Shown here: one piece after another, positions 27,796 through 39,156 of the stretch
How the letters are laid out: each line of letters opens with the position of its first letter
Position numbering within the stretch: the first letter of the stretch is position 1
Source: Camelus dromedarius
Taxonomy: Eukaryota
Length of the DNA: 64,000 bases
Reading direction: 5' to 3'
Assembly: GCF_036321535.1 (NCBI RefSeq)
Contig: NC_087437.1
Coordinates: 70,062,001-70,126,000 of the forward strand
Translations under genes and position numbers: made by a program
Notes under the pieces: model-generated
The model's input: the letters and a program-made list of their open reading frames with translations, nothing else
Databases searched by the model: none
Told to the model about the DNA's origin: nothing

Positions 27796-28524
27796 TGGTC
27801 CTTCAGAGAAACTTAGGCTGTTATGAGAGGAATAAGTGACTAGGAAAGCCACAAAGATGACTTATTGTCATGACAGTCTTTTCACAAGAATGTCTAAGCC
27901 CTAAGGCTGCTTTTCCTCTGAGAGTATGGAATTTTTTTTTGATAAAAAGCTGATTTCTTTTGGAGTAAGGTCTAAGCCCATCTCCTTTGGTGGGGTAAGT
28001 CAGCTACATACACTCTGTATCCCTCTTGGATCTTTGAGATGAATTAGAGAGCTGGATGGAGCATACCAGAACCACACTGAACCTTCCCCTAACTTCTAAA
28101 TCTCAGGGGAGAGTTTCCAGGGAACACAGTGGCCTTCCAAATGTTCAGGTTTCAATCCATGCTACATTTCAGCCAATCGAAACCAGGGGAAATAAGTGGG
28201 TGGTAACTTTAAGTATCTCAAAACTCTACCATTTCTATTGCTTCTCTCACATTCCTCAGCCCTTCCATATTCTCTAATACGGATATGAAGATGCCCAAGG
28301 ACTGTCCCATCTAAGTTTAACTGTTTTATTAAAAAATGAGATATTCTTGGGAGGAAGGTAGGGAAAATGAATCATCTATTCATTTTGAAGCTGTGAAACT
28401 GAGATGCAGAAAAATAGTGTGGATGAGAAGCTAGGTGGCTGGAGGAACCTTCCAAACATTGGGGGAGTGAGCCCTTCATAACACCGTGAAGTGGGTAAAC
28501 CTTATCTTTAATCACTCACTTTTA

Positions 28525-28765
28525 ACAGCCAGTGTTTATGAAGTACCTACTATGAGCCAAGGACTTTGCTTATATGCTTTTCCTACTTTAGCTCATTTAA
28601 TCTTTACACCAACTTTATGAAGCAGATACTATCACCATCTGTCTCTTACAGGTGAATACACTGCAACTTAAATATGGTGTTACTTGCTTAATTCACACAG
28701 CGAAGCAAGAGCTAAATCTATGTTGCTCTAAGTGGAACCCAAGCCCTTAACTGCTGCACGACTGA
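28525..28765 (-). mobile_element. MIR SINE
   Basis: TTTATGAAGTACCTACTATGAGCCAAGGACT...CTCATTTAATCTTTACACCAAC. Confidence 0.7.
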
Positions 28766-28999
28766 AAAGGGCCTTCAGAAACATGGTTCTTCATGATACT
28801 AACCTACGTGCTCAGTGTCACAGCCTGTTGACTGCTAGCCTAGAAGATCGCCACCTAACAGTTGACAACAGCTACCCTTCAAATTCCAAAGAAGTGGGGA
28901 TTCAAGAAACTTTGTTGTGACCTTAGCCAAGCCGCTGTTTCCCAGTGTTCAGTGTCCTCATTCTGTAAAACAAAAAGGAAGGGTAACTTTTTTTTAAGT

Positions 29000-29010
29000 A
29001 CATATATATA

Positions 29011-29069
<59 letters not shown>
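29000..29069. repeat. Compound (TA)n(TG)n(TA)n microsatellite
   Basis: Seen directly; the long pure TA run spans ~29023-29069. Confidence 0.95.
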
Positions 29070-29072
<3 letters not shown>

Positions 29073-30169
29073 CCTTTCACTTCTGATTGCCTATTATCCA
29101 AATGCCTGATTCATATTTTCACACTAAGGTTTTAATTGTTTGGTTTTCTTCTTCTTTATTGTTTTAATATTTTTATGTGCCCCCCTTTATTACCAGAGGC
29201 ATTTGAATTCCAAAAGAAGCTAATGTATTAATTCAAAGAAATGAGTCTCTAATAGTGGAAATTTCCAGACAGAGACTCCACTGAGTATTAAAAAGCTGCT
29301 GTATCTTGATTATATTTCTTTTCCCGTTCTGAGGACGACTGTGTTCAGAAAATGCTCTCAGAGATAAGACTGGATAAAATGGGAACCAGGCCCAGATCTC
29401 TAAAACAGGGTTGGCAGAAAAGAGGTGAGAACACAGGGCCCACAAGCCAGCTGGCATACATGGCAGGGGTCCCTCCCAGGCATCAGAGATTCAGGGGAAC
29501 CATAGAAACCATGTGTGTGAGAAACACTGGCAGAAGAGGGATAGCATATCAGAATCATTGCCACATGGGGGTAAATCCCAGGAGACTTGATGTGATGGTG
29601 GATTCTAGGATCCTGTTTTCCAGTGTTGGGGAGCAGAAACTCCTCTGCACCTCACTAGCAAATGAGACAAGAACCACTTCTCTCATCCTCATCCCTGCCT
29701 GGTCTTTTAAGATTCAGGGGCCCCTCTACTGATGGTTGGCTGATTAAAAATGACCTGTCCTATCAATTTTAAGCTTCATGAGGACAAGATAGACATTATT
29801 TACTCTGTTATGTCTCACAGATATCATGGCTCTTCTACATAGCAGGTACTACTGGTGTGTTTTATTAAAGGAAGAAGAGAGAATGAAGCCAAGTTTCCAA
29901 GCTGGAGAAACTCAATTTATATTCTAAATGAAATGAGACAACATGTAGCCCCAGTTCTTTTTAATATTGCTTGTAATTAATTCAATTATTCAACAAACAT
30001 TTATTGACCACTTACTTACGTACCAGGCACTCTATTAGAAGCTGAGGCAGTAAACAATTCAGGTAGTTAAACCCTGCCCTCTTGGAGCTGATTACGTATT
30101 GAGGGAGGCAGGGAATTAACATAGAAGCAAACAAATAAGAATTTCAGATAATGAGAATTGTTATGAATA

Positions 30170-31555
30170 ACATTTGGTCATTCAGATGACCAAATATATA
30201 TTTCTTATATATATTTGTTTTTCCTTCTTAATGGCTCACAACTCCCAAAATCCTTGAAATTTTTAAGTGCTAAGAGTGATAAAGGTGTCTTTTGTTATGT
30301 TAATAAGACCACTTTTTAAAAGCACCTAAGGATGGGGGCTGGTGCCAGTGGAGCTAACCCCTGGTTAGAGGGTTGGAACTTTCAGTCCTACTCTCTGACT
30401 TCCAGGGAGGGAAGAAAGGCGGAGGATTGAGTTCAACCACCAATGGCCAAAGATTTAATCGATTTCATCAATAGTGCCTACGTAATGAAGCCTCCATAAA
30501 AGACCCAAAGGAGGAGTTTGGAGAGCTTCTGAGTTGATAAACACATGGAGATTTGGGGAGAGTGGTGTGCTCCTAGGAGGCATGGAAGCTCCGTGCCCTT
30601 TCCCCACACCTTGCCTTATGCATCTCTTCCATCCGGCTGTTACTGAGTTTACTGAGTTGTATGTAACCTGTGGAGCTGGCTGGCTGGTGCTCTCTAGAGT
30701 CATAAAAGCCCCTCCCCTGGGCTCTCTCTGTGCCTGGGGCCTACTGACACCTTAACCCCCACTACCTACTGCAGAACACTTCACATACCTGCATTTCTAC
30801 AAGATATAAAATATCTTCTCTTGATGCATGTTTACCCTAACAAAGCTAAACCACCTCAAGAAATAGCCCATCTCACAATACCTTAGGCAGACAGGCCTCA
30901 CATCCTGCCCTTATCAAAGTCATAAAACCTATTGTTCAGAGAAGTTCCTGACTGATCTTAACAACCAATCAGGTACCTGTGCACAAATTGATCATGCAGT
31001 CCCTACTCCTCTCCTAATAAAAGACTCTGCACACCCACCCTTGGTGCTCATACAGGCACCTCTTGCCTGTGTGGCCCGCCATTGCTTATAGGAGTGTACC
31101 TACTAAACTTTCCTGAACTCTCCTCAGTCTCTGGTAATTCTTCTACCAACCAGCATCACCGGCCTGCAGCATTGTGCCCACAACATAACCTTTTATAAGA
31201 AACCCGTGATCAAGTAGTTAAATGTTTCTCTGAGTTTCGTGAGCCACTCCAGCAAATTAAGGGAACCCCAGAAGGAGGTCATGGGAACCTCTAATCTGCA
31301 GCCAGCTGGTTAGAAACACTGGTTACAACCTGGGCTTGCAACTGGCCTCTGCAGTGGGGCAGGAGGCAGGTTGAGGGATTAGGAACAGGCAGTCTTGTAG
31401 TACTGAATCCTTAACCTGTGGAGTCTGATGCTATTTCCGGGTAGATAGTGTCAGAATTGAGTTGAATTGCAGGACCTTAAACTGGTGTCTGGGAGCATTG
31501 TTTATAGGTAGTGGGGGAAACCCAAATTCCATACTGGAAATGAGGTCTACAAACC
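30170..31555 (+). mobile_element. MER21-like ERVL solo LTR, split by a second LTR and inserted in an L2
   Basis: AGAGGGTTGGAACTTTCAG, GCCTACGTAATGAAGCCTCCATAAAA, CTATGCATCTCTTCCATC-like segment, and GTAGATAGTGTCAGAATTGAGTTGAATTG. Confidence 0.8.
30669..31185 (+). mobile_element. Solo LTR (MER74/MER73-like ERVL), 517 bp, with 5-bp TSD
   Basis: TG...CA termini; TAACC at both 30664-30668 and 31186-31190; 3' end GGTAATTCTTCTACCAACCAGCATCACCGGCC...CACAACA. Confidence 0.8.
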
Positions 31556-32729
31556 TAAAGAAAAATAAAATGGGATAATTGCATAGAAAATGATTGAAAT
31601 AGGGCAGGGAAATAACTTAGGCAGGAGAATTTGGGAAGTCCTGTGAGCAGGTGAAGGTCTAAGAAATTCTGAGTATATCGGATGTGGCCTCTAACTAGGA
31701 AGGGTCTCAGTAAAGCTTGGAAACTATTTCTAAATTCATCAAGAACTCTTGATACTAGTAGAAAAGCAATTCATGCACTTACTAAAACATTTTTACAGCA
31801 CAAAAGGATATTAAAGACCCAATATTCTCCTCCCAACCCTACTACTCAGGACAATATTATTAACCATTTTCTTTGTATATACAAATGCATGTGTATGAAT
31901 AACCTTTATATACAAATGGCATCATATGAGCTTACTCTTCTGAATCACCGAGATCCCACTTCAAGAAAGAACTCCTTGCCCAATTCCAAGGGACACGATG
32001 AGCTGACAGCCTCTGGCTTTTAAGGTGAGCCTCAGCTTTTGAGCCAATTGTGGTTCCATCAATGACTCAGTGGGACTATGGTAAAAAGGCTTACCCATTT
32101 CCATTCCACTGACACCTCTCTAATAAAGCACAGTTAAGTTACATATCTGTTTTTACTTTGCTTTGTTTTGTTATTAAAAACAATGCAGCAATTAGCATCT
32201 TTAAACCTACATCTTCATGCATGGGTGTCTTGTTTTTCTTTACCCTCTAATACTGGTCAATATCTAACTTTTAATCTATGCCAATATGACAGAAGAAAAA
32301 TAGCACTTCATTAACTCTTTATTTTGCAACTTCATAATTATGAGTAGGTTCAGAATTGTTTTATATCTTACAATTTGTATTTATCTCTGAACTTCTTTCT
32401 GTTCTTTGTGATTTTTCTACCAGGTTGTTGTTGTTTTTCTTATTGATTTACTGGAGTGTTTTGTAAAAGAAATGAACTCTTTTCCATAAATGTTGAAATA
32501 TCTGTTCCTGTGGTTTGTTTTCTAAAAATTTAATAGCATTTTCCCCATTCAGTAGTTTTAATTTGCATGTAGTCAAACTTTTTTTATTTATTTTTTTTAT
32601 AATATAGCCTCTGGGCTTCGTGTCATGGTTATAAAGTTCTTCTCAGCTCTAATAATATTTTCAAAATAAGTCCTTATCTAATTATAATATTTTTAGATAT
32701 TTTTCCTTTAAAATTTGGGTTTCATCTAC

Positions 32730-33313
32730 AATTTTTTTTCAAAGTAGTCAGTTACAGTGTGTTAATTTCTGGTGTATAGCGCAAAGTCCCAGTCATGTCT
32801 ATACATACATATATTTGTTTTCATATTCTTTTTCATTAAAGGCTACTATAAGATATTGAATATAGTTTTCTCTGTGCTATACAGAATAAGTTTACTGTTT
32901 ATCTATTTTGTATGTAGTAGTCAGTATCTCCAAATCTCAAACTCCCAATTTATCCCTTCCCATCCCCATCTCCCACTGGTAACCATAAGTTTGTTCTCTA
33001 TGTTTGTGAGTCTTTCTGTTTTGTAAATAAGTTTATTAGTGTCTTTTTTTTAGATTTCACATAAAAGTGCTATCACATGGAATTTTTCTTTCTCTTTCTG
33101 GCTTACTTCACTTTGAATGACGATCTCTAGGTTACTCCATGTTGCTGCAAATGGCATTATTTTATTCTTTTTTAAGGCTAAGTAATATTTAATTGTATAA
33201 ATATACCACAACTTCTTTAACCAGTCATCTGTCAATGGACATTTCGGTTATTTCCATGTCTTGGCTATTGTATATAGTGCTGTTATGAACATTGAGGTGC
33301 ATGTTATCTTTTG
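32730..33313 (-). mobile_element. Younger L1 3' end inserted in an older L1M remnant (~31.75-33.54 kb)
   Basis: Minus ORF 33050-33235 DWLKKLWYIYTIKYY...[24 protein letters not shown], followed by the 3'UTR and A tail. Confidence 0.9.
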
Positions 33314-33554
33314 ATACAGAGAAGCAGAATTTTGCCTTTTTTTCCAAATTATTCTCATCTTTTCAGAATATTCCATCTCTTCCACACTAATTGTATTTTT
33401 TTTCTTTTATAATAAAAGTACATATCTATTTAGCTCTATTTCTGAACTTTTATAGTCTATTCTATGATCTATTTTGGTATTCTTCACTGATACCAAACTG
33501 TTTCACTATTTTAAATGCGATAGAATTGGATTTCTAGAGTAAACAAGCTTTTCA

Positions 33555-33675
33555 TATTATACTATAGATTTACAAGATGTTACCATTGAGGGAAAGGAAC
33601 TGGGTAAAAGATACATAGGCTTTCTGCATTTTTTTCTTACAACTGCATGTGAATCTATATTTACTTCAAAATTAA
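33555..33675 (+). mobile_element. L1MC/MD-type 3' terminal fragment
   Basis: CAAGATGTTACCATTGAGGGAAA...TTTCTTACAACTGCATGTGAATCTA. Confidence 0.7.
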
Positions 33676-35024
33676 TTTTTTTTTGTTTTTTTAAATATCT
33701 AGTATGATGTCTGATACGTAGTAGATTTCCCGTATTCTTTCAACATAAATTTTCACATGTACTCTTCAGTTTCTGGGTAGGAATTCATAAATACGTCTCT
33801 AAAGCAAATTCGGTTAGCTTCAAGCTAAACCATAAAATTGGTGTTACACTCCCACCTCTCCAGGAGACTGATTAAGAAGTTACAGCAATTATGAAGTAAG
33901 AGAATAGTTATAGCAATTAAGAAGTAAGAGAATGTATACTAATTTATAATAACTGGCTACTGGATCATAGGATCTTCTCCACTAGGGTTCTTTTAATGTT
34001 TGTAGCAATTCATGTCTTTAATCTTTTTTCTCACTTTGAAATTTCTCTATAAATCACTAGCACCCCTCTCCTTTCCCAAACTAGAAGAAATGGGCAACAT
34101 ATGTGGATGCTATGTTACTCTGCATCTGTAATTTTGAAACCAGGAAGCCTTTCTTGTTTAGCACTATTCTAGGAAATGCAGATTACTGACAGGTCTAGTC
34201 CTAAGAAAAATTAGGAGGTAAATAAATCCTGTCTTAAATCCCAAGCCCATTTCCCTTCCAATACCATCCTCCAAGGAATTCCTAGGAGACAGGTTACAGT
34301 TTCCTTTTTCTGCCTAGAATCCCTCTAATGTCAACTCACTTAAACCACTTCTGGGTCCATGTTCAACATGTATTCTTCCACCTATTAGTAGTATTGTCAA
34401 AATGTATTTATCTTCTGTCTCTGGAAATCTTATTTCAGAAAATCTGTTTAATTTTTTTTTGTTCAAAATACTTTGTGTAAGATATAAAGGCCCCTTGAGC
34501 TGAAGTAGTGTAAATGTGAAACCAGCTGCTGGCAGCAGTAGTTTGGTAGGCTAATGGTCTTTCTATTATTATATGTGAATCAATGCATACATGTCCTAGC
34601 AAAAGGAGAAGAAGGCTGTTCTGTTCTTTTAAAGAGTAGAAAGGATAAGAAATAATTCAGCCAGAAAGAGAAAGAAAAATGTCATATGATATTCCTTATA
34701 TGTGGAATCTTAAAAAAAAGGACACAAATGAACTACTTATTATTTATAACTTAGATGATTGATTTCTTAAATATGTGTAAGCATATTTGACTGTCCTTTA
34801 TGATTGAATTACCTCATTCTGTTCATTCTCATTTTGTGGTTGGCTTTATTCCTTTGATAACTATGTAAGTTTAAAAAGCTAAAGCTCTAATCAGTTCTTA
34901 GAAGCAATCACCAGTACATATATGTAAACTAAAAAAAATGTGCAGTATGCTGTATATATGTATTTCCATGCAATGTAATGTATATGTGCCGTCAAACTGT
35001 AATAATTCTACATAGCAAAACTAA

Positions 35025-35245
35025 AAAAGAAAAAAAAAAGATTAGAGCAGAGATAAATGAAATAGAGAACAGAAAAATAGTAAAGATCAATGAAATCAAA
35101 AGTTGGTTCTGTGACTAGATCAACAAAGTTGACAAAACTTTAGCTAGGTGGAATAAGAAAAAGGGAGGAGACAAACTCCAAAAATCAGAAATGCAAGTGA
35201 GGACATTATGACTGATTTTACAGAAATAAAAGAAATTATGTGTGG
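35025..35245 (+). mobile_element. L1 ORF2 internal fragment
   Basis: AAGATTAGAGCAGAGATAAATGAAATAGAG (KIRAEINEIE)...ATCAATGAAATCAAAAGTTGGTTC...AAAGTTGACAAAACTTTAGCTAG. Confidence 0.8.
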
Positions 35246-35874
35246 GAAAAAAAGAAAGAAATTCAGCAGAAATGCACACTGGGAAACTTCCTAGCATTGG
35301 CCAGATTGGGAATTTAGTCCTGACAAGATCAGTAGTTTCACCTGATTTATCTAATAAAGTGAACTGGCCTTCACTATAAGGAGAGAGAAAAATAAAAAAC
35401 AAAACAAAACAAAACTAAGATCAGGGTTTTAACAATAAGACTGATGGCTAATAGAGGTAACTCTCTAATGCTGACAAAGAGTTTATCATCTTAGACAGAG
35501 AGACAGAGAAGGTAAAACCACTACCCCTAAAACAAAAAGCCCCAAGGATCTTTGACACATGATAATCAAGGCTAAATCTTAGTCAAATTTCAACACGGAA
35601 TTGGATTCAAATTCAGGGGAACACTCTCACTGAAGCCTATCACTGGGATAGGGGTAGATTAAACTATACTTAATGATCATTAAGAAAGTACAAGAAAAGT
35701 ATGATTTTCTTTTACTGGCATTTGAAGAAAAAAATTCAAACTTTCAGTTTTTTTAAACCTGTTGTTTCTCATACTTGGCCCACAATAATCTCTTATTCCT
35801 CTTGATATACAAACACTACATACAAGCTTTTCTTTCTCCATCTCAATTTAACAAGCTGAAATCTTAGGCCCTGG

Positions 35875-36110
35875 GATGACATGGCAAAAGAAAATGGTCT
35901 TTGGAGTAAAAATTTTGGTTTAAATCATAGCTTAGTTATTAACTAGCTGTGGGGTCCTGGGAAGTTTGCTTAGGCTATAAGAGTGTTTCTTAACTTGTAA
36001 AGTGAGTAATATATTACTAACCAGTAAGATTTTGTGGGGAAATTAGAGGTAATATATGCAAAATGATTAGTATCATGCAGGCAGAGTAGGGACATCCATA
36101 ATGAATACTT
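35875..36110 (+). mobile_element. MIR SINE
   Basis: TTAACTAGCTGTGGGGTCCTGGGAAGTTTGCTT...CTTGTAAAGTGAG. Confidence 0.6.
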
Positions 36111-36605
36111 GTGATTTTTATGATCTTAACATGTTTCAACTCCCTGTGACTAGACATTTGTTTCCAAGTTTAGCCTCTTTGAGTAGTAAATAAACCTATT
36201 TTTCAAACTGATGTAAAAATCAAAGGGTTATGTCACAGACAACGCCACAGTACTTTTCCGTCAGAGGTGATCTGCTTTCCAACAGCTAGGGTTAAATTCC
36301 TACTGAGCTAGCTGTAGCTTCAGGTGTTAGTCCTTCTTTTGCATTGGAATCATTTTAGCCAGATCTTCTCATTTATTCATTCATTCATTCAGCAACATAT
36401 CTACTAGGGCTCATACACTGCACTAGGTAAACAAATACATAAATTAATAAGATTATCACTGTTATCAAGAAGCTCTTGAGAGCTCACAATGATTTAACAT
36501 AAAGAAAACATGCTTATAGATGTTAAGACATTTGCTTTCTATTAATGTATAGAATTAAATTTATTTAAACATATAGGTATATATGTTTTATGGTAAATTC
36601 ATTTA

Positions 36606-37230
36606 TGTCTCATACCATGGGGCTGGTTAAAAAAATAGAAACCATAGCAGTTATTTTAATAGGGAGAATTTAATACAGGGATTTACTTAAACAGGTATTG
36701 GAGAACTAAAAAAAATGTAAAAAGAGAACACTGAGATAACTGCAGAATGACTACTCCCCCTAGGGCTGGAGTGACAAAGGAAAATGGGTTATTAGGCCAG
36801 AGAAGTTTGGAGAATGGCCCTGCAATGCTGAGGTCCAGAATCCTGAGGAAGAAACACTTCCTGGCTGATGCTGACTCAAGTCTCAGAATAGAGTCCCTAT
36901 GGAGCTGAGACTCACCTGGAACAGACATTCGTGAGGAAGAAGGCTGAGTATGAGAGTATGGGGAAAAAAACTGAAAAACTGAAACAAACTGCAGTGGAAT
37001 GGACCACTGCTACTGGGCCAGCAACCATGGCTGATATGACAGTAACAGGAACAGAAAAGTGACAGAAAGATGCATCACCATTTTCTTCCCCTACTCCTGC
37101 CTTCCAGTCTCTCCCTCATGGGATTCAGCTGGCAAAGCAGCAACATGGCCTGCAGGGTCCCGATACAGCAAGAACAGAGTCTAGAAGATTAAGTTTGAAT
37201 ATGAAAATTAACAGCTTGATAATCAGCACA
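36606..37230 (-). mobile_element. Probable old ERVL/MaLR-type solo LTR
   Basis: TGT start, AATAGAAACCATAGC...GAATTTAATACAGGGA, and end CAGCACA; GC-richer than its flanks. Confidence 0.45.
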
Positions 37231-37634
37231 TTATTCTGTTTTTAATAGTCTTGTTATTTACCCATAGGTTCTGCTCACAGTTGTCTTGCATCAAGTTCAG
37301 TAATGATATCTATTCCTGTGTCCACTGAACAAGATGACATAGGATATTTTTTAAAAAGATTAAATGTCAAGAAAACTTGACTCTTGGACTTGCTCTGCAA
37401 GTATTTGGCATTTTTTTTTTTAATTTAAGAAAAAGTAAATAATATAATTTTAGGGTTTTTTTGAAAGGAATCGTAAGGGCAATTTAATCTTATTCATTTA
37501 TTTTATAGAGTACCTTAATAATTTTTTATATAGTAGGAATTATTTGCTATACATATACAACCTATTTTGTTTTCTATGAAATAGGAGTACTGGACCAAAT
37601 GACCTTGACTCTGTCCATATTACCACAGTGTGTC

Positions 37635-37678
<44 letters not shown>

Positions 37679-38146
37679 ATGGAATACTACTCAGCCACAG
37701 AAAAGAATAAAATAATGTTATTTGCAGCAACATGGATGGACCTGGAGATAGTCATTCTAAGGGAAGTAAGCCAGAAAGAGAAATAAAAATGCCATATGAT
37801 AGCACTTATATGCGGAATCTAAAAAAAAGACAAGTGAACTTATTTACAAAACAAAAAACAGATTCACAAACATAGAGAACAAACTTATGGTTACCAGTGG
37901 GGGATGGGGTTGGGAAGGGATAAATAGGGAGTTTGAGATTTGCAGATAATAACTAATATACATAAAATAGATAAATAAGTTTATTCTGTATAGCACAGGG
38001 AACTATATTCAGTATCTTGTAGCAACCTATAATGAAAAAGAACATGAAAATAAATATATGTGTGTATATGTATGACTGAAACATTAGGCTGTACACCAGA
38101 AACAGACACAACATTGTAAACTGACTATACTTCAATTAAAAAAAAT
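37635..38146 (+). mobile_element. Younger L1 3' end with (TA)n(CA)n expansion at its 5' edge
   Basis: CAATGGAATACTACTCAGCC...GCAGCAACATGGATGGACCTGGAG...GAAGTAAGCCAGAAAGAGAAA, then the 3'UTR and A tail. Confidence 0.9.
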
Positions 38147-38654
38147 AGTGTAGATCTTGAGTTGAATCTTGAAAGAAGAATGAGAATTAGATTGCTGAGA
38201 AGAGAAAGAGGAGGAAGAAATGGAATGAAATAGGAAACCATTTCAGGTAGAAGGAATAGCATGTGCAAAGGTCAGGACATGAGAAGAAGCTGCTTTCCGT
38301 ACTTACCAGGACAAGCATAAAACCAAGACAGATTGCAATTTGTGTTGGTATACTTTCAGCTACAATTAAAAAATTCCTAGATAGCTACACTTTAAAAGCA
38401 CTATTGTTTCATATAACAAGAAGTCCAAAAGAAGGCAGTTCCAGAATTGGTTAATTAGGCAGCTTAACAATATCAGAGCTTCTCCTCTGTGATTCTTTGT
38501 GGATTCCCTCTTTTGTGATTCTCTGACCTCTCTTTTCATAGCTCTAAGCATCATATTCTCAACACAATATCCAAAAGTGAGAAGAAAGGGAGGATACTTC
38601 TCCTTATGGATCTCTCCCTTTTTAATCAGGGAGAATCATCTTTCCTGAAAGCCG

Positions 38655-39156
38655 TATAGTAGCCCAAGTTTCCCCAAAACACAGAACCTAGACCAAGAGC
38701 CTGCACAGAGGTAGTTTTTCGGGGAGAGGGGCTAGGATGAGTGAAGCAAGGGAAGAGGGAAAGTCAATGCAAAGGTGCATTATTCAGGTGGCTACCACCA
38801 TAGGCAATTGTGGCTTCAGAGTCCTCTGAAGAACCAGGTACACTGCCCTTCAGGGTTAGCAGTCCAAGACACAGAAGAAGGGAACATTTGTTTACCAGCT
38901 CCTGTTCCCCATTAGACAGGGTTGACCCAGGATGTTAACTCTGTTGTGCTTCCATTCTATGAATGCATGGATATGTCTGAGGATACTCTCAACGTGTCTC
39001 ACAGCGAGGTACAGAGATGGTCCAAGGCAGAAAATAAGAAATTCACAGAGACAAAGTGTTGTGAACTATACTTAGATGAACATCTGCTTATAGCAATGTC
39101 CAGAACAAAGAGGTGACCTGACAGAATCCGAGGAACGACCTGTGATGTCTAACACA
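38655..39156 (-). mobile_element. LTR33-like ERVL LTR within an MLT1 LTR (~38340-39230)
   Basis: GTTTCCCCAAAACACAGAACCTAGACCAAG...GGTGCATTATTCAGGTGGCTACCACCATAGGCAATTG; MLT1-like sequence resumes at CCAGTAGACTTT. Confidence 0.55.

Noticed and set aside
33871..33933. CRISPR-like direct repeats
   Set aside because: Only two adjacent units, no spacers and no cas genes, in a mammalian context.
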